Shown in pieces: positions 1 through 10,937 of a DNA stretch of 64,000 nucleotides. Location: NCBI GenBank assembly GCA_963727775.1, contig CAVSHB010000002.1, positions 128,001 to 192,000 of the forward strand. Reading direction: 5' to 3'. The DNA comes from an uncultured Nitrospiraceae bacterium (GTDB lineage Bacteria; Nitrospirota; Thermodesulfovibrionia; Thermodesulfovibrionales; SM23-35). A program made the position numbers and the translations under genes. Position 1 is the first letter of the stretch, and every line of letters begins with the position of its first letter. Under the pieces are notes generated by a model. That model saw only the letters and a program-made list of their open reading frames with translations. It ran no database searches and was not told where the DNA came from.

Positions 1-144
1 TACTTTAACTGATGATAAGGCAGTTTTCAAATCTTTTGTCTTGAGAGCCTTCTTAATTATCCCACACTGGAATATGTCTTGTAGGTCTTTTGGTATCTTT
101 GAACGGAAATAATAGTAACCTCTAAAGCAGTAAAGGTGTCTCAT
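1..144 (-). CDS. Probable tyrosine recombinase/integrase, N-terminal DUF6538-like domain (partial, runs off left edge)
   Basis: Not in the ORF track. Reverse strand from ATG at 144 reads MRHLYCFRGYYYFRSKIPKDLQDIFQCGIIKKALKTKDLKTALSSVKV, matching the YYFR.x.P.DL...I++SL+T+D pattern. It is preceded by SD GGGGAGG and lies directly downstream of a tRNA. Confidence 0.7.
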   Translation of the reverse strand, partial: MRHLYCFRGYYYFRSKIPKDLQDIFQCGIIKKALKTKDLKTALSSVKV

Positions 145-160
145 GGCTTCCTTCCTCCCC

Positions 161-184
161 AAAGTGACCTAAAAAGTGACCTAA
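161..184. repeat. Tandem 12-bp direct repeat AAAGTGACCTAA x2 (candidate integrase arm-type sites)
   Basis: Exact repeat at 161-172 and 173-184, between the tRNA 3' end and the integrase start. Confidence 0.6.
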
Positions 185-244
185 TTTGAAGTAAGCCTAT
201 GAGATATAAGAGAAATCCTTATCTAATAAGGACTTAGAAAAGGC

Positions 245-321
245 TGGTGGCGGCGCAGGGAATCGAACCCCGGACACTGCGGATATGAGCCGCATGCTCT
301 AACCGTCTGAGCTACGCCGCC
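245..321 (-). tRNA. tRNA-Met (CAT), probably elongator
   Basis: Reverse complement GGCGGCGTAGCTCAGACGGTTAGAGCATGCGGCTCATATCCGCAGTGTCCGGGGTTCGATTCCCTGCGCCGCCACCA folds as a cloverleaf with CAT anticodon, paired 1:72 and encoded CCA. Confidence 0.95.
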
Positions 322-407
322 GCTGAAATACAATAAAAAGCAAGAAGTCAATAAGGAGCGGAAGAATTCTCCAAAAACAAAAACAAATTATAACAGAAGA
401 AATCCAT

Positions 408-1529
408 TTAATGGAAGAGTTCGAACCTCCGGGCCCTTATATTGATAAGCACACCCACTGATATGAGGTTTGACAGGAGCGCCGTGCCTCCGTAACTCAT
501 GAACGGCAAAGGCACCCCTACGACCGGCATCAAGCCCAGCGTCATCCCGACGTTAATCAGGAAATAGATAAAGAACATGAATGTTATTCCGAGCGCAAGC
601 AGCCTGCCGAATTCGTCTTTCGCATTTTTTACTGTATCAAGCCCTCTCATGATCAGAAGAAAATAAAAAAACAGGAGTAGTGTGCTTCCGAAGAACCCCC
701 ATTCTTCCGCAAAGACCGCGAATATAAAATCAGTATGTTTTTCCGGCAAAAACCTGAACGGTCCTTGTGTGCCGTTCAAATATCCCTTCCCAAAGAATTT
801 TCCTGAACCTACCGTAATCTTTGACTGGTTTAAATGGTAACCGATGCCTGTCGGATCGACTTCGGGCTCGACAAAGGCGACGAGCCTGTTCTTCTGGTAG
901 TCTTTGAGCCCGCCCCAGAATATATTGCCGAGAAAAGGCATGGATATTAAACCGATAATGATAAACAATACCGCAACCTTTTTTTCAAGCCCCTTTGCTA
1001 TTACTAAGGCAATAAAAATCGAAAGGATTATTAATGCTGTACCGAGGTCAGGCTGTTTAAGAAGAAGGATAAAAGGTACAAAAGTTATGAAAAAGAACAC
1101 CCTCAAGAGTGAAATCGTGTCTATGGGGCTTTTTAGGGTGCTCAGATACTTTGAGAGCATGATGATGTACATGAGCTTAAAGAATTCAGACGGCTGGAAT
1201 GCGATAGGGCCGAGATTTATCCACCTCTTTGCGCCCATGCCTATCTTTCCTATGATAATTACCGTAATCAACAGGATAATACCCGTCACATATAAAGGGG
1301 TTGAGAATCTGCTGAGCCAGATATAGTCAAACCCGACGATCAGGAATAGGGCGGCCAGGCCGAGTATGAGCCAGGTCACCTGCTTTATATAGAAAACGGA
1401 ATGCTCTTCCGCGGCGAGAGGACGTGTTGCGCTGTAGATTGTCATAATGCCGATTAAGGATATAAGAATGGCAACCGAAAGCATTATCCAGTCGAAGTTG
1501 TGAAGTAATCTGCGGTCTATGCGAAGCAT
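408..1529 (-). CDS. rodA: Rod shape-determining protein RodA (SEDS family)
   Basis: GAKRWI, FQPSEF, KQPDLGT, LPEKHTDFIF and PFMSYGG motifs; mre/mrdA context. Confidence 0.95.
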   Translation of the reverse strand: MLRIDRRLLHNFDWIMLSVAILISLIGIMTIYSATRPLAAEEHSVFYIKQVTWLILGLAALFLIVGFDYIWLSRFSTPLYVTGIILLITVIIIGKIGMGAKRWINLGPIAFQPSEFFKLMYIIMLSKYLSTLKSPIDTISLLRVFFFITFVPFILLLKQPDLGTALIILSIFIALVIAKGLEKKVAVLFIIIGLISMPFLGNIFWGGLKDYQKNRLVAFVEPEVDPTGIGYHLNQSKITVGSGKFFGKGYLNGTQGPFRFLPEKHTDFIFAVFAEEWGFFGSTLLLFFYFLLIMRGLDTVKNAKDEFGRLLALGITFMFFIYFLINVGMTLGLMPVVGVPLPFMSYGGTALLSNLISVGVLINIRARRFELFH

Positions 1530-1615
1530 CTATTGATACCGGGATACAAAGGCACAGACAAAGTAAAAATGACAACCTGGCGGAAACAAGGGTTTTACCT
1601 GTACCTTGCCTGTTC

Positions 1616-2521
1616 CTATGGCGGACACTTTGCGCAGACAGAAGTAAAGAGAGAAGTAGAAAGATACCTGTCTCCCCTATCGGGCAGGATAACGACTATG
1701 ACCCCGTCCCTAAGCTCACTGGATTTTCTGAGTGCAACGTACATTGCGGCGCCGCTCGACATACCTGCGAATATTCCTTCCTTTACCGCCAGCATCCTTG
1801 TAGTATCAAAGGCCTCTTCGTCGTTGACAAGATGCCTTTCGTCGAGACGGTTAGGGTCGAATATCTTCGGTCTGATGGACTCCGTCATATTCTTGAGACC
1901 CTGTATCCTGTGATGGAGCACGGGTTCAACCCCGATAATCGTGATGTCCTTATTGAACTCTTTGAGCCTTCTGCTGACTCCCATCAATGTGCCTGTCGTC
2001 CCCATGCCGGCCACAAAATGGGTGATCCGGCCTTCTGTCTGTTCGATAATTTCTTTGCCTGTTGTTTCGTAATGGGCCAGGGCATTTGCTTCATTGTCGA
2101 ACTGGTTCGGCATGAAATATTTCCCGGGGTCTTCGGAGAGGATCTTATGCGCCAGCCTGATCGCTCCGTCTGTCGCCTGATCGGGCGGGCTTAGTATCAG
2201 TTCCGCGCCGAAAGCCTCAAGGATCCTCCTTCTCTCTATGCTGACGCAGGCGGGCATTGTAAGCTTCACCCTGTATTTCTTTGACGAGGCAACCATAGCA
2301 AGTCCTATCCCGGTGTTCCCGGACGTGGCCTCAAGAATTATTTTGTCCCTGGTGAGCTTTCCTTCTTTCTCGGCTGCCTCAATCATATAGAGCGCAATCC
2401 GGTCTTTGATGGAACCGCTGGGATTATTGCCTTCCAGCTTTGCGAAAAGCTTGACCTTTGGATTGGGGGTTGATTCTATGCTGGTGAGCGGAGTATTTCC
2501 TATGCACTGAAGAATTCCCAT
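1616..2521 (-). CDS. cysM: Cysteine synthase (PLP-dependent, CysM/CysK family)
   Basis: IGNTPL, NPSGSIKDR (PLP Lys), EATSGNTG and GMGTTGT motifs. Start moved to ATG 2521, which sits 6 nt after TATAAT. Confidence 0.85.
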   Translation of the reverse strand: MGILQCIGNTPLTSIESTPNPKVKLFAKLEGNNPSGSIKDRIALYMIEAAEKEGKLTRDKIILEATSGNTGIGLAMVASSKKYRVKLTMPACVSIERRRILEAFGAELILSPPDQATDGAIRLAHKILSEDPGKYFMPNQFDNEANALAHYETTGKEIIEQTEGRITHFVAGMGTTGTLMGVSRRLKEFNKDITIIGVEPVLHHRIQGLKNMTESIRPKIFDPNRLDERHLVNDEEAFDTTRMLAVKEGIFAGMSSGAAMYVALRKSSELRDGVIVVILPDRGDRYLSTSLFTSVCAKCPP

Positions 2522-2527
2522 TACTTC

Positions 2528-2557
2528 ATTATAAAGACGACCGCATGCGACGGTCAA
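2528..2557 (-). promoter_or_regulatory. sigma70 promoter for cysteine synthase (likely leaderless)
   Basis: TTGACC-N18-TATAAT-N6-ATG on the reverse strand. Confidence 0.65.
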
Positions 2558-2619
2558 GTAAGCGCGTTGATTGTATTACTAAAAAGGTTTTTAGTAAAGC
2601 CACATTCAGTCGCCATCTC

Positions 2620-2783
2620 GTCATTCCGGCTTGTCCGGAATCTTTTTTTGTTTTCAGAGGGATTCCCGACTCCCGAAAGCATTCGGGATTGCGGAAATCG
2701 ACACGAGCCTTCGGCTCACAAAGGAGTATGAAAATAACTCCCCCTCGCCCCCTCTTAGTTTAAGATGGGAATGGGGGGCGTTA
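2620..2783. repeat. Cluster of REP-like palindromic intergenic elements
   Basis: Hairpins ATTCCGG/CCGGAAT (2623-2641), TCCCGAA/TTCGGGA (2671-2688) and GAGCC/GGCTC (2705-2717), plus the imperfect palindrome TAACTCCCC...GGGGCGTTA (2735-2783). Confidence 0.6.
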
Positions 2784-2880
2784 ATTGAAGTAAATAGAAT
2801 CATTTTCGGGTCAATGACAATAGTGAGGCATTATTTGTACCCTTATTAGTAATGCCTGAATTACGACCTGGCATTCCGGT

Positions 2881-4674
2881 TCACTGCCGGACGGCGTCAG
2901 GCATAGGGAGAGGTTTGTCTTCTTTCTTTGTCTTTGAGTTGACGTATTCTTCTATTGTTCTCTTTGCGATAGGCGCGGCAGCGCCGCCGCCGTGTCCGCC
3001 GTGTTCAACTAATACGGCGAGTGCGATCTCAGGTCTTTCAATGGGCGCGAATGCAACGAACCATGCATGGTCTCTGAATTTTTCCGATACGTATTGGAAC
3101 CCGCTTTTCATCTTTACAACCTGAGCTGTACCCGTTTTCCCGCCGATGGGGATCAGGTCTGATTTCGCAGACCATCCGGTCCCTCCCGGCCCGTTCACAA
3201 CGCCAAAAAGTCCGTTCTTAACGGTTTCGAGATTGGCAGGACTTATTTTCACTTTGCCCGCAATTACAGGCGGGGCGTTTTTAATCAAACTTGGTTTGTA
3301 AAGGGTCCCGCCGTTTGCTATAGTGTTTGTCATGACCGCCAACTGAAGGGGAGTCACCGCGACATATCCCTGGCCTATCGCCGCATTGAATGTTTCCCCG
3401 AGGAACCATGGAAGTTTTTTGTTTTCAAGTTTCCATTTTGTATTTGGTATCAAACCCTGCCTTTCTTTCCCGAGTTCAATGCCTGTCTTTTTCCCTAATC
3501 CGAAACTTGTCGCGTATGCATAAATTTTATCAATGCCGAGGCGCCTGCCGACTTCATAAAAGAATACATCGCACGATTCGACTATCGCCCTGTTTAAAGA
3601 AACTACGCCATGCCCGTGTTTTTGCCAGCAGCCGAAATGCCAGTTGCCGTAACGTATCTCTCCCTTACAGTCCACTTTTGTGCCCGGGTTGATGACCCCT
3701 TCCTCCAGACCGGCTAGGGCTGTGACGATCTTAAATGTTGATCCTGGCGGGTATTGACTTTGCAACGCCCTGTTAAGCATGGGATTTTTGGGGTCTTTTG
3801 TGATCGCCGTCCATTTGTCACTGCTTATGCCCCTTGTAAAGAGATTGGGGTCAAAGGAAGGCTTGCTTATTAAGCTGAGTATCTCCCCGGTTTCGGGCTT
3901 CATAGCAACAAGAGCGCCTGCCCTTTCACCGAAAGCCTTCTCCGCTTCCTTCTGAAGATTAATGTCGATACTGAGAGTGACATCCGTCCCCTTTATCGGC
4001 GTCTTTTCCTGCAGCAGCCTTATCTCCCTGCCCAGCGCATTTACTTCGATTATCCTTTTGCCCGGTGTGCCTCTCAAGGACTCATCAAAAAGTTTTTCAA
4101 TGCCCCACTGGCCGATGAATATATCGGACGGCACGTCCTTGAAGGCAGGCTCTTTTGCCTGAGACGGGCTAAGTTTCCCAAGGTATCCTATAAGGTGGGA
4201 CCCGACATCTCCATAAATATATTCCCTGCTGACCTCGGCTTCGATGATGAGCCCCGGAAAATCAGACCGTCGGGCTTCAATATGCGCAATATCTTCAAAA
4301 TTCAGTGCCTGTTTTAATTTTACCGGCACAAAAGGGCTTAGGCCGGGTTTGTCTATCTTCTCGAGTATTTCTTCGACGGGTATCTTGAGGACTTTTGACA
4401 AAGGGTCGACTCTGCTTTTATCGAACTCATCCGGGATTATTGATGCATAATAATAGGGATAATCTTTTACGAGAGGAACGCCGTTCCTGTCAAAGATTAT
4501 CCCCCGTGGAGCGGGAATACTGACTATCCTTAGCCTGTTTGCCTCTGAAAGCTTTCTGAACTCATTTCCCTGTAATATCTGCAACTGCCAGAGTCTCATG
4601 ATAAGCAGGAGAAAAACTGTGATGACTATATAACTGATAATAATTATTTTTTCAGGTTTTCCGTTTGTTTTCAT
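2881..4674 (-). CDS. mrdA: Penicillin-binding protein 2
   Basis: N-terminal TM, APRGIIFDRNG, PGSTFK (SxxK), SCD and KTGTAQ. Confidence 0.95.
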   Translation of the reverse strand: MKTNGKPEKIIIISYIVITVFLLLIMRLWQLQILQGNEFRKLSEANRLRIVSIPAPRGIIFDRNGVPLVKDYPYYYASIIPDEFDKSRVDPLSKVLKIPVEEILEKIDKPGLSPFVPVKLKQALNFEDIAHIEARRSDFPGLIIEAEVSREYIYGDVGSHLIGYLGKLSPSQAKEPAFKDVPSDIFIGQWGIEKLFDESLRGTPGKRIIEVNALGREIRLLQEKTPIKGTDVTLSIDINLQKEAEKAFGERAGALVAMKPETGEILSLISKPSFDPNLFTRGISSDKWTAITKDPKNPMLNRALQSQYPPGSTFKIVTALAGLEEGVINPGTKVDCKGEIRYGNWHFGCWQKHGHGVVSLNRAIVESCDVFFYEVGRRLGIDKIYAYATSFGLGKKTGIELGKERQGLIPNTKWKLENKKLPWFLGETFNAAIGQGYVAVTPLQLAVMTNTIANGGTLYKPSLIKNAPPVIAGKVKISPANLETVKNGLFGVVNGPGGTGWSAKSDLIPIGGKTGTAQVVKMKSGFQYVSEKFRDHAWFVAFAPIERPEIALAVLVEHGGHGGGAAAPIAKRTIEEYVNSKTKKEDKPLPMPDAVRQ

Positions 4675-4692
4675 TAATGTTTTCCGGGCTGC

Positions 4693-5148
4693 CTATTGGA
4701 TGTTTTTGGGCCTCAACAGTATACCTAACGGCGCATTCGCAATGGATTGCATGGCAATTATAAAAACAGCAGTACCGATGCCGACCGGCATTTTATCAAA
4801 GAGGCTCCTTGACACAAAAACAATAAAGCCGTCAATGAACGTAAGGACAGAAATACTTATCATGCCTAATAAAGGTGTCCATACAAAAAATCTGCTGTAA
4901 ACAAAGGAAGAAAGATAACCAATGAGACCCTTACTCAGTAGATTAGGTCCCAGGAATGCTCCCGAAAGGCTGTCTTCCACTATACCGATTAAGGCGCCCA
5001 GGAACATCCCTTTTATCTCTTTGCCCCTTACGCCTGCATAACATGCCAAAACAGCTGTGAGGTTTGGAGTTATATCAAACAAAGATATGCTTCCCTGGAT
5101 GATAAGGGTGCAAAAAATTATTGCTGCCCAGAGGAGGTATATCATCAC
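4693..5148 (-). CDS. mreD: Rod shape-determining protein MreD
   Basis: Small hydrophobic protein between mreC and mrdA, overlapping the mreC stop. Confidence 0.85.
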   Translation of the reverse strand: MMIYLLWAAIIFCTLIIQGSISLFDITPNLTAVLACYAGVRGKEIKGMFLGALIGIVEDSLSGAFLGPNLLSKGLIGYLSSFVYSRFFVWTPLLGMISISVLTFIDGFIVFVSRSLFDKMPVGIGTAVFIIAMQSIANAPLGILLRPKNIQ

Positions 5149-5929
5149 TGTTCTTTTTTTATAATAGCGACATATTCGATCTTGTTATTGTCTACAAATG
5201 GCGTGACTTCTATGTCCTGGAAGATCCCGATATCTTTTTTGTTGACCTTTGATATATATCCAATCGGTATCCCCGGGGGGAAAAGTGAATCGAGTCCTGA
5301 GGTTATTATAACATCACCTTTTTTTACTTCCTCTTCGGATGATACATATTTCAACTGGCATTTCCTGAAGCCTGTACCGGATATTACACCTTCTGCCCTG
5401 GTATCCTGGACCCTTGCAGCCGCAGAGAAATTAATATCGCTGAGCAAAAGCAGGTATGAGTAAGAATGTTCCACTTCTGTAATTTTTCCTGCCAGACCCT
5501 TATCTGTTAAAACTGTCATGTCTTTGGTGATCCCATCTGCGGAACCTTTATCAAGGGTGAGGGTATTTGACCATTGATCAGTATCCCTCGCAATTACGCG
5601 CGCCGAGGCAAAGTATCCATGTTCCCTGTCCTTGAGGGAAAGCAGTTCCCTGAGTTTATTATTTTCGAGGAGCGTCTCCCGGTAAGACTGCTGCTCTCTG
5701 AGCAATCTCGATATTTCCGCCTTAAGTTTTGAGTTTTCTTCTTCCCTGATGAGCATCCTTTTGAATGGAGCTGTTATAGAGTCCTTGAGAGAATTCTTTA
5801 TCTCATGGAATCCGTTGAGGACATGATCCAAAGATTTAAGCGGAAGCAGGTGATGCCTGTTACTCTGATAAGTCATCAAACTCAGGGATATGATAATAAA
5901 GAAAAGGAGCAGGAGCCTTTGCTTAGGCA

Positions 5930-5930
<1 letters not shown>
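5145..5930 (-). CDS. mreC: Rod shape-determining protein MreC
   Basis: TM plus coiled coil (ENNKLRELL), LDKGSADG, TSGLDSLFPPGIPIG. Confidence 0.95.
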
Positions 5931-7389
<1,459 letters not shown>

Positions 7390-7531
7390 TCAAAAATCTT
7401 AACAGAGAATTCCAGAGTTTTTCAAGTGTAGACTGTTTTTTGGTTAGTATAAAACTGTTGAGGTTTTATAGATTATTATGTTATAAAAAACAGTCTTTAT
7501 GACCAAACATACCAACGAAAGCTGATATATA

Positions 7532-8143
7532 ATGATGGAAATTGTGCTTGCCACGAGAAATGAGAAGAAAGTTGATGAGATCAGAAGGATTACGGCCGGA
7601 ATGGAAGTCTCAATCTTTACCCTTGAGGACTTTCCGGAATGTCCCGATGTAGTAGAAGACGGGACTACATTTGAAGAGAATGCAATAAAAAAGGCCTTGG
7701 TCATAGCGAAATGTACAAATAAACCTGCACTTGCCGATGATTCCGGGCTTGAAGTTTATTCACTGAAAGGGTCTCCGGGCATATTGTCTGCAAGGTACGC
7801 CGGAGAGAACGCAACCGACAGGAAAAACACAGAAAAATTGCTTAAAGAAATGAACTCAGCGCAGGATAGGCGGGGACGGTTTGTCTGCTATATAGCCGTT
7901 GCATTCCCGGGTCGGGACGCGGATGTATTTTGCGGGTATTCTGAAGGCGCTATAGGTATGGAACCGAAGGGTCTTAATGGGTTTGGTTATGACCCTGTTT
8001 TTTATCCCGAAGGATACGATAAGACTTTTGCTGAAATGAGTGATGGGGAAAAGGATTCCTTAAGCCATAGAGGAAGGGCTTTGGAAAAATTCCGGCAATA
8101 TTTAAGCAAAAAGTTAAAAGAAGAGAGTAAAGATATTAAATAA
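7532..8143 (+). CDS. rdgB: Non-canonical purine NTP pyrophosphatase (RdgB/HAM1)
   Basis: LATRNEKK, ADDSGL, GFGYDPVF and SHRGRAL. Confidence 0.95.
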   Translation: MMEIVLATRNEKKVDEIRRITAGMEVSIFTLEDFPECPDVVEDGTTFEENAIKKALVIAKCTNKPALADDSGLEVYSLKGSPGILSARYAGENATDRKNTEKLLKEMNSAQDRRGRFVCYIAVAFPGRDADVFCGYSEGAIGMEPKGLNGFGYDPVFYPEGYDKTFAEMSDGEKDSLSHRGRALEKFRQYLSKKLKEESKDIK

Positions 8144-8195
8144 ATCGCCGGCTTGAGTAATAAGGAAATCTTATCTTTATATCAAAAATATGAAT

Positions 8196-8224
8196 TTGAC
8201 TTAAAACATGCTGAAGAATATAGT
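8196..8224 (+). promoter_or_regulatory. sigma70 promoter upstream of adk-sat
   Basis: TTGACT-N17-TATAGT. Confidence 0.6.
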
Positions 8225-8374
8225 TATATGTCTCTTTTTTATTTAAAATTAGCTCTGCCACGCAGTTTTTAAATTTTGTAAGCATATAGGTTCGTAACTT
8301 AATGTTGTTTTTCTTTGCAGATTAGATAGAAGTCGTTATTTTAAAAAGTCCTGAAAAAATATGGGGGTAGAATT

Positions 8375-9022
8375 ATGAGAATTGTGTTGTTAGGCGCGCC
8401 GGGGGCAGGTAAAGGGACCCAGGCCAAGAAGCTGATTGAAAAATACGGAATGCCGCAGATTTCAACGGGAGATCTTTTGAGGGCAGCTGTCGGCGCGGGA
8501 ACTCCCCTGGGTAAAGAAGCTAAATCTTACATGGACAAAGGTGAGCTTGTTCCCGACAGGGTTGTATTGGGGATGGTTGAAGAAAGGCTCAAACAGGATG
8601 ACTGTAAGAAAGGCTACATACTCGATGGATTTCCGAGGAATACTGCACAGGCAGAAGCTTTAGACAAGATGCTCGGTACCTTGGGCATGTCCTTAAGCGC
8701 GGCCTTGAGTGTGGATGTGCCGTTTGAAGATCTGATGAAGAGGCTTACAGGCAGAAGGACATGTAAGGCCTGCGGGCAGATGTACAATATTTATTTCAAG
8801 CCCCCTGCAAAAGAAGGCGCGTGCGACAAGTGCAGCGGCGAATTGTTCCAGAGGGACGATGATAAGGAAGCGACCATAAAGAAGAGGCTTGAGGTATATA
8901 ATGCTCAAACCGCTCCTCTGATCGATTATTACGGAAAGAAAGGCATAGTGAAGTCTGTTACCGGGACCGGAAACATTGACGATATATTCAAGAAAGTTTG
9001 CGAAACATTAGGGCTGAAATAA
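8375..9022 (+). CDS. adk: Adenylate kinase (Zn-lid type)
   Basis: GAPGAGKGT, STGDLLR, LDGFPR; CxxC..CxxC lid. Confidence 0.97.
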   Translation: MRIVLLGAPGAGKGTQAKKLIEKYGMPQISTGDLLRAAVGAGTPLGKEAKSYMDKGELVPDRVVLGMVEERLKQDDCKKGYILDGFPRNTAQAEALDKMLGTLGMSLSAALSVDVPFEDLMKRLTGRRTCKACGQMYNIYFKPPAKEGACDKCSGELFQRDDDKEATIKKRLEVYNAQTAPLIDYYGKKGIVKSVTGTGNIDDIFKKVCETLGLK

Positions 9023-9068
9023 GAAAATTCAAGGTTTGCCTTGAAAATATAAATAAGGAGGAAATAGT

Positions 9069-10289
9069 ATGGCTTTAGTAAATCCACTTGGTAAAGAGAA
9101 AAAACTTAAACCCCTATTACTGACAGGGGCGGCACTGGATGCAGAGAAGAAAAAAGCAGCAGGTCTGAAGAAGATCAATATCGGCTCACGCGAAACCGGT
9201 GACCTCATCATGATGGGTATCGGCGGTTTCACCCCGCTGACCGGCTTCATGACAAAGGCCGACTGGAAGGGCGTTTGCGCGGATATGAAGATGGCTGACG
9301 GTCAATTCTGGCCGATCCCGATCACGGTTTCCGCATCGAAGGCCGATGCAGACGGCATCAAAGAGGGTGAGGAGATAGCCCTTTTCTCCACAGAGTTCAA
9401 CGAGATCATGGCGACTATGAAAGTCACCGAGAAATACACCATCGACAAGGCATATGAGTGCCAGCAGATTTACAGGACTACCGAGGTTGAACACCCCGGC
9501 GTCAAGATGGTCATGGATCAAGCTGAAGTGAACCTCGCCGGCCCGGTCAAGGTTTTGAGCGAAGGCACCTTCCCGACTGAATATCCGGGTCTCTATCAGC
9601 GCCCTGCTGAGACCAGAAAGTCATTTGAGGAAAAAGGCTGGAGCCGCGTAGCAGCATTCCAGACCAGAAACCCGATGCACCGTTCACACGAATTCCTCGC
9701 AAAGATAGCTGTTGAAGTGTGCGACGGCGTATATATCCATATGCTCCTTGGAAAATTGAAACCTGGTGACATTCCGTCGGATGTAAGACAGAAATGTATT
9801 GATGTGCTCGTAGAAAAATACTTTGTCAAGAATACCGTCCAGGTTGGCGGTTATCCTCTTGATATGAGATATGCCGGTCCGAGAGAGGCCCTGCTGCATG
9901 CAGTATTCAGGCAGAATTACGGTTGCAGCCATCTTATCGTAGGCCGCGACCATGCAGGCGTCGGCGAGTACTATGGTCCTTTTGATGCCCAGAAGATTTT
10001 TGAAGAGATCCCGGCCGGTTCATTGGAGACCAAGCCGCTGAAGATCGACTGGACCTTCTATTGCAACGCATGTGAAGGCATGGCTTCCCAGAAGACCTGC
10101 CCGCACGGCAAAGACGACAGGATATTGCTCAGCGGAACAAAGCTGAGAAAGATGCTTTCCGAGGGCGAAACGGTCACAACGAAGTTCAGCCGGCAAGAAG
10201 TCCTCGATATCCTTCAAGCATACTACGCAGGGCTTACCGAGAAGGTCGAGATCAAACTGCACAAATATGCAGAAGGCGAAAAGAAATAA
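9069..10289 (+). CDS. sat: Sulfate adenylyltransferase (ATP sulfurylase)
   Basis: [35 protein letters not shown]. Confidence 0.97.
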   Translation: MALVNPLGKEKKLKPLLLTGAALDAEKKKAAGLKKINIGSRETGDLIMMGIGGFTPLTGFMTKADWKGVCADMKMADGQFWPIPITVSASKADADGIKEGEEIALFSTEFNEIMATMKVTEKYTIDKAYECQQIYRTTEVEHPGVKMVMDQAEVNLAGPVKVLSEGTFPTEYPGLYQRPAETRKSFEEKGWSRVAAFQTRNPMHRSHEFLAKIAVEVCDGVYIHMLLGKLKPGDIPSDVRQKCIDVLVEKYFVKNTVQVGGYPLDMRYAGPREALLHAVFRQNYGCSHLIVGRDHAGVGEYYGPFDAQKIFEEIPAGSLETKPLKIDWTFYCNACEGMASQKTCPHGKDDRILLSGTKLRKMLSEGETVTTKFSRQEVLDILQAYYAGLTEKVEIKLHKYAEGEKK

Positions 10290-10359
10290 TTCTTATTTAA
10301 GAAAAAATAAGATAAGCTGCACAGTATTTGAAAAACGATAAATCATATATTTATGAATA

Positions 10360-10395
10360 GCAGGCGTAAGTGGGGGCGATCCTTACTTCGCCTGC
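10360..10395 (+). other. Stable stem-loop in the sat-aprB spacer (processing, stabilising or weak terminator)
   Basis: GCAGGCG(T)AAGTGGGG pairs with CCTTACTTCGCCTGC; no clear U-tract. Confidence 0.45.
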
Positions 10396-10499
10396 ATAAT
10401 TAGGTTTATTGAAGGAAAGGAGGTGGAAGACAGTCAGGTTCTCAGTTATAGTTTTTCATCAATACTTTAACTTATAACAATAAAAGGAGGTGCATTTAA

Positions 10500-10919
10500 A
10501 TGCCAAGTTTTGTAATTACTGAAAAGTGTGACGGATGCAAGGCAGGGGACAAGACTGCATGTCAGTATATCTGTCCTCACGATCTCATGATCCTCGACAG
10601 AGATAAGATGAAGGCTTACAATCAGGAGCCGGAACAGTGCTGGGAGTGCTTTAACTGTGTAAAGATCTGCCCGCAGCAGGCGGTCGAGGTGAGAGGCTAT
10701 TCAGACTTTGTTCCACTCGGATCCCAGACTATTCCTTTGAGAGGTTCTGATAATATCATGTGGACGATCAAGTTCAGAAGTGGTCTGACCAAGAGGTTCA
10801 AATTCCCCATCAGGACTACAGTGGAAGGCACCGTTGATCCATATGCAGGCAAACCAGAGCCTGATTTTGCAACTATTAAAAAGCCGGGCTTCTTTAATAG
10901 CCCAGCAAGAACTGAATAA
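10500..10919 (+). CDS. aprB: Adenylylsulfate reductase beta subunit
   Basis: MPSFV..KCDGCK, CQYICP, CWECFNCVKICP, RFKFPIRTT. Confidence 0.97.
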   Translation: MPSFVITEKCDGCKAGDKTACQYICPHDLMILDRDKMKAYNQEPEQCWECFNCVKICPQQAVEVRGYSDFVPLGSQTIPLRGSDNIMWTIKFRSGLTKRFKFPIRTTVEGTVDPYAGKPEPDFATIKKPGFFNSPARTE

Positions 10920-10937
10920 TCGAGGAGGTGAATATAA

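Noticed and set aside
8144..8374. Rex operator upstream of adk-sat
   Set aside because: The region is AT-rich, but I found no convincing TTGTGAA-N4-TTCACAA palindrome.
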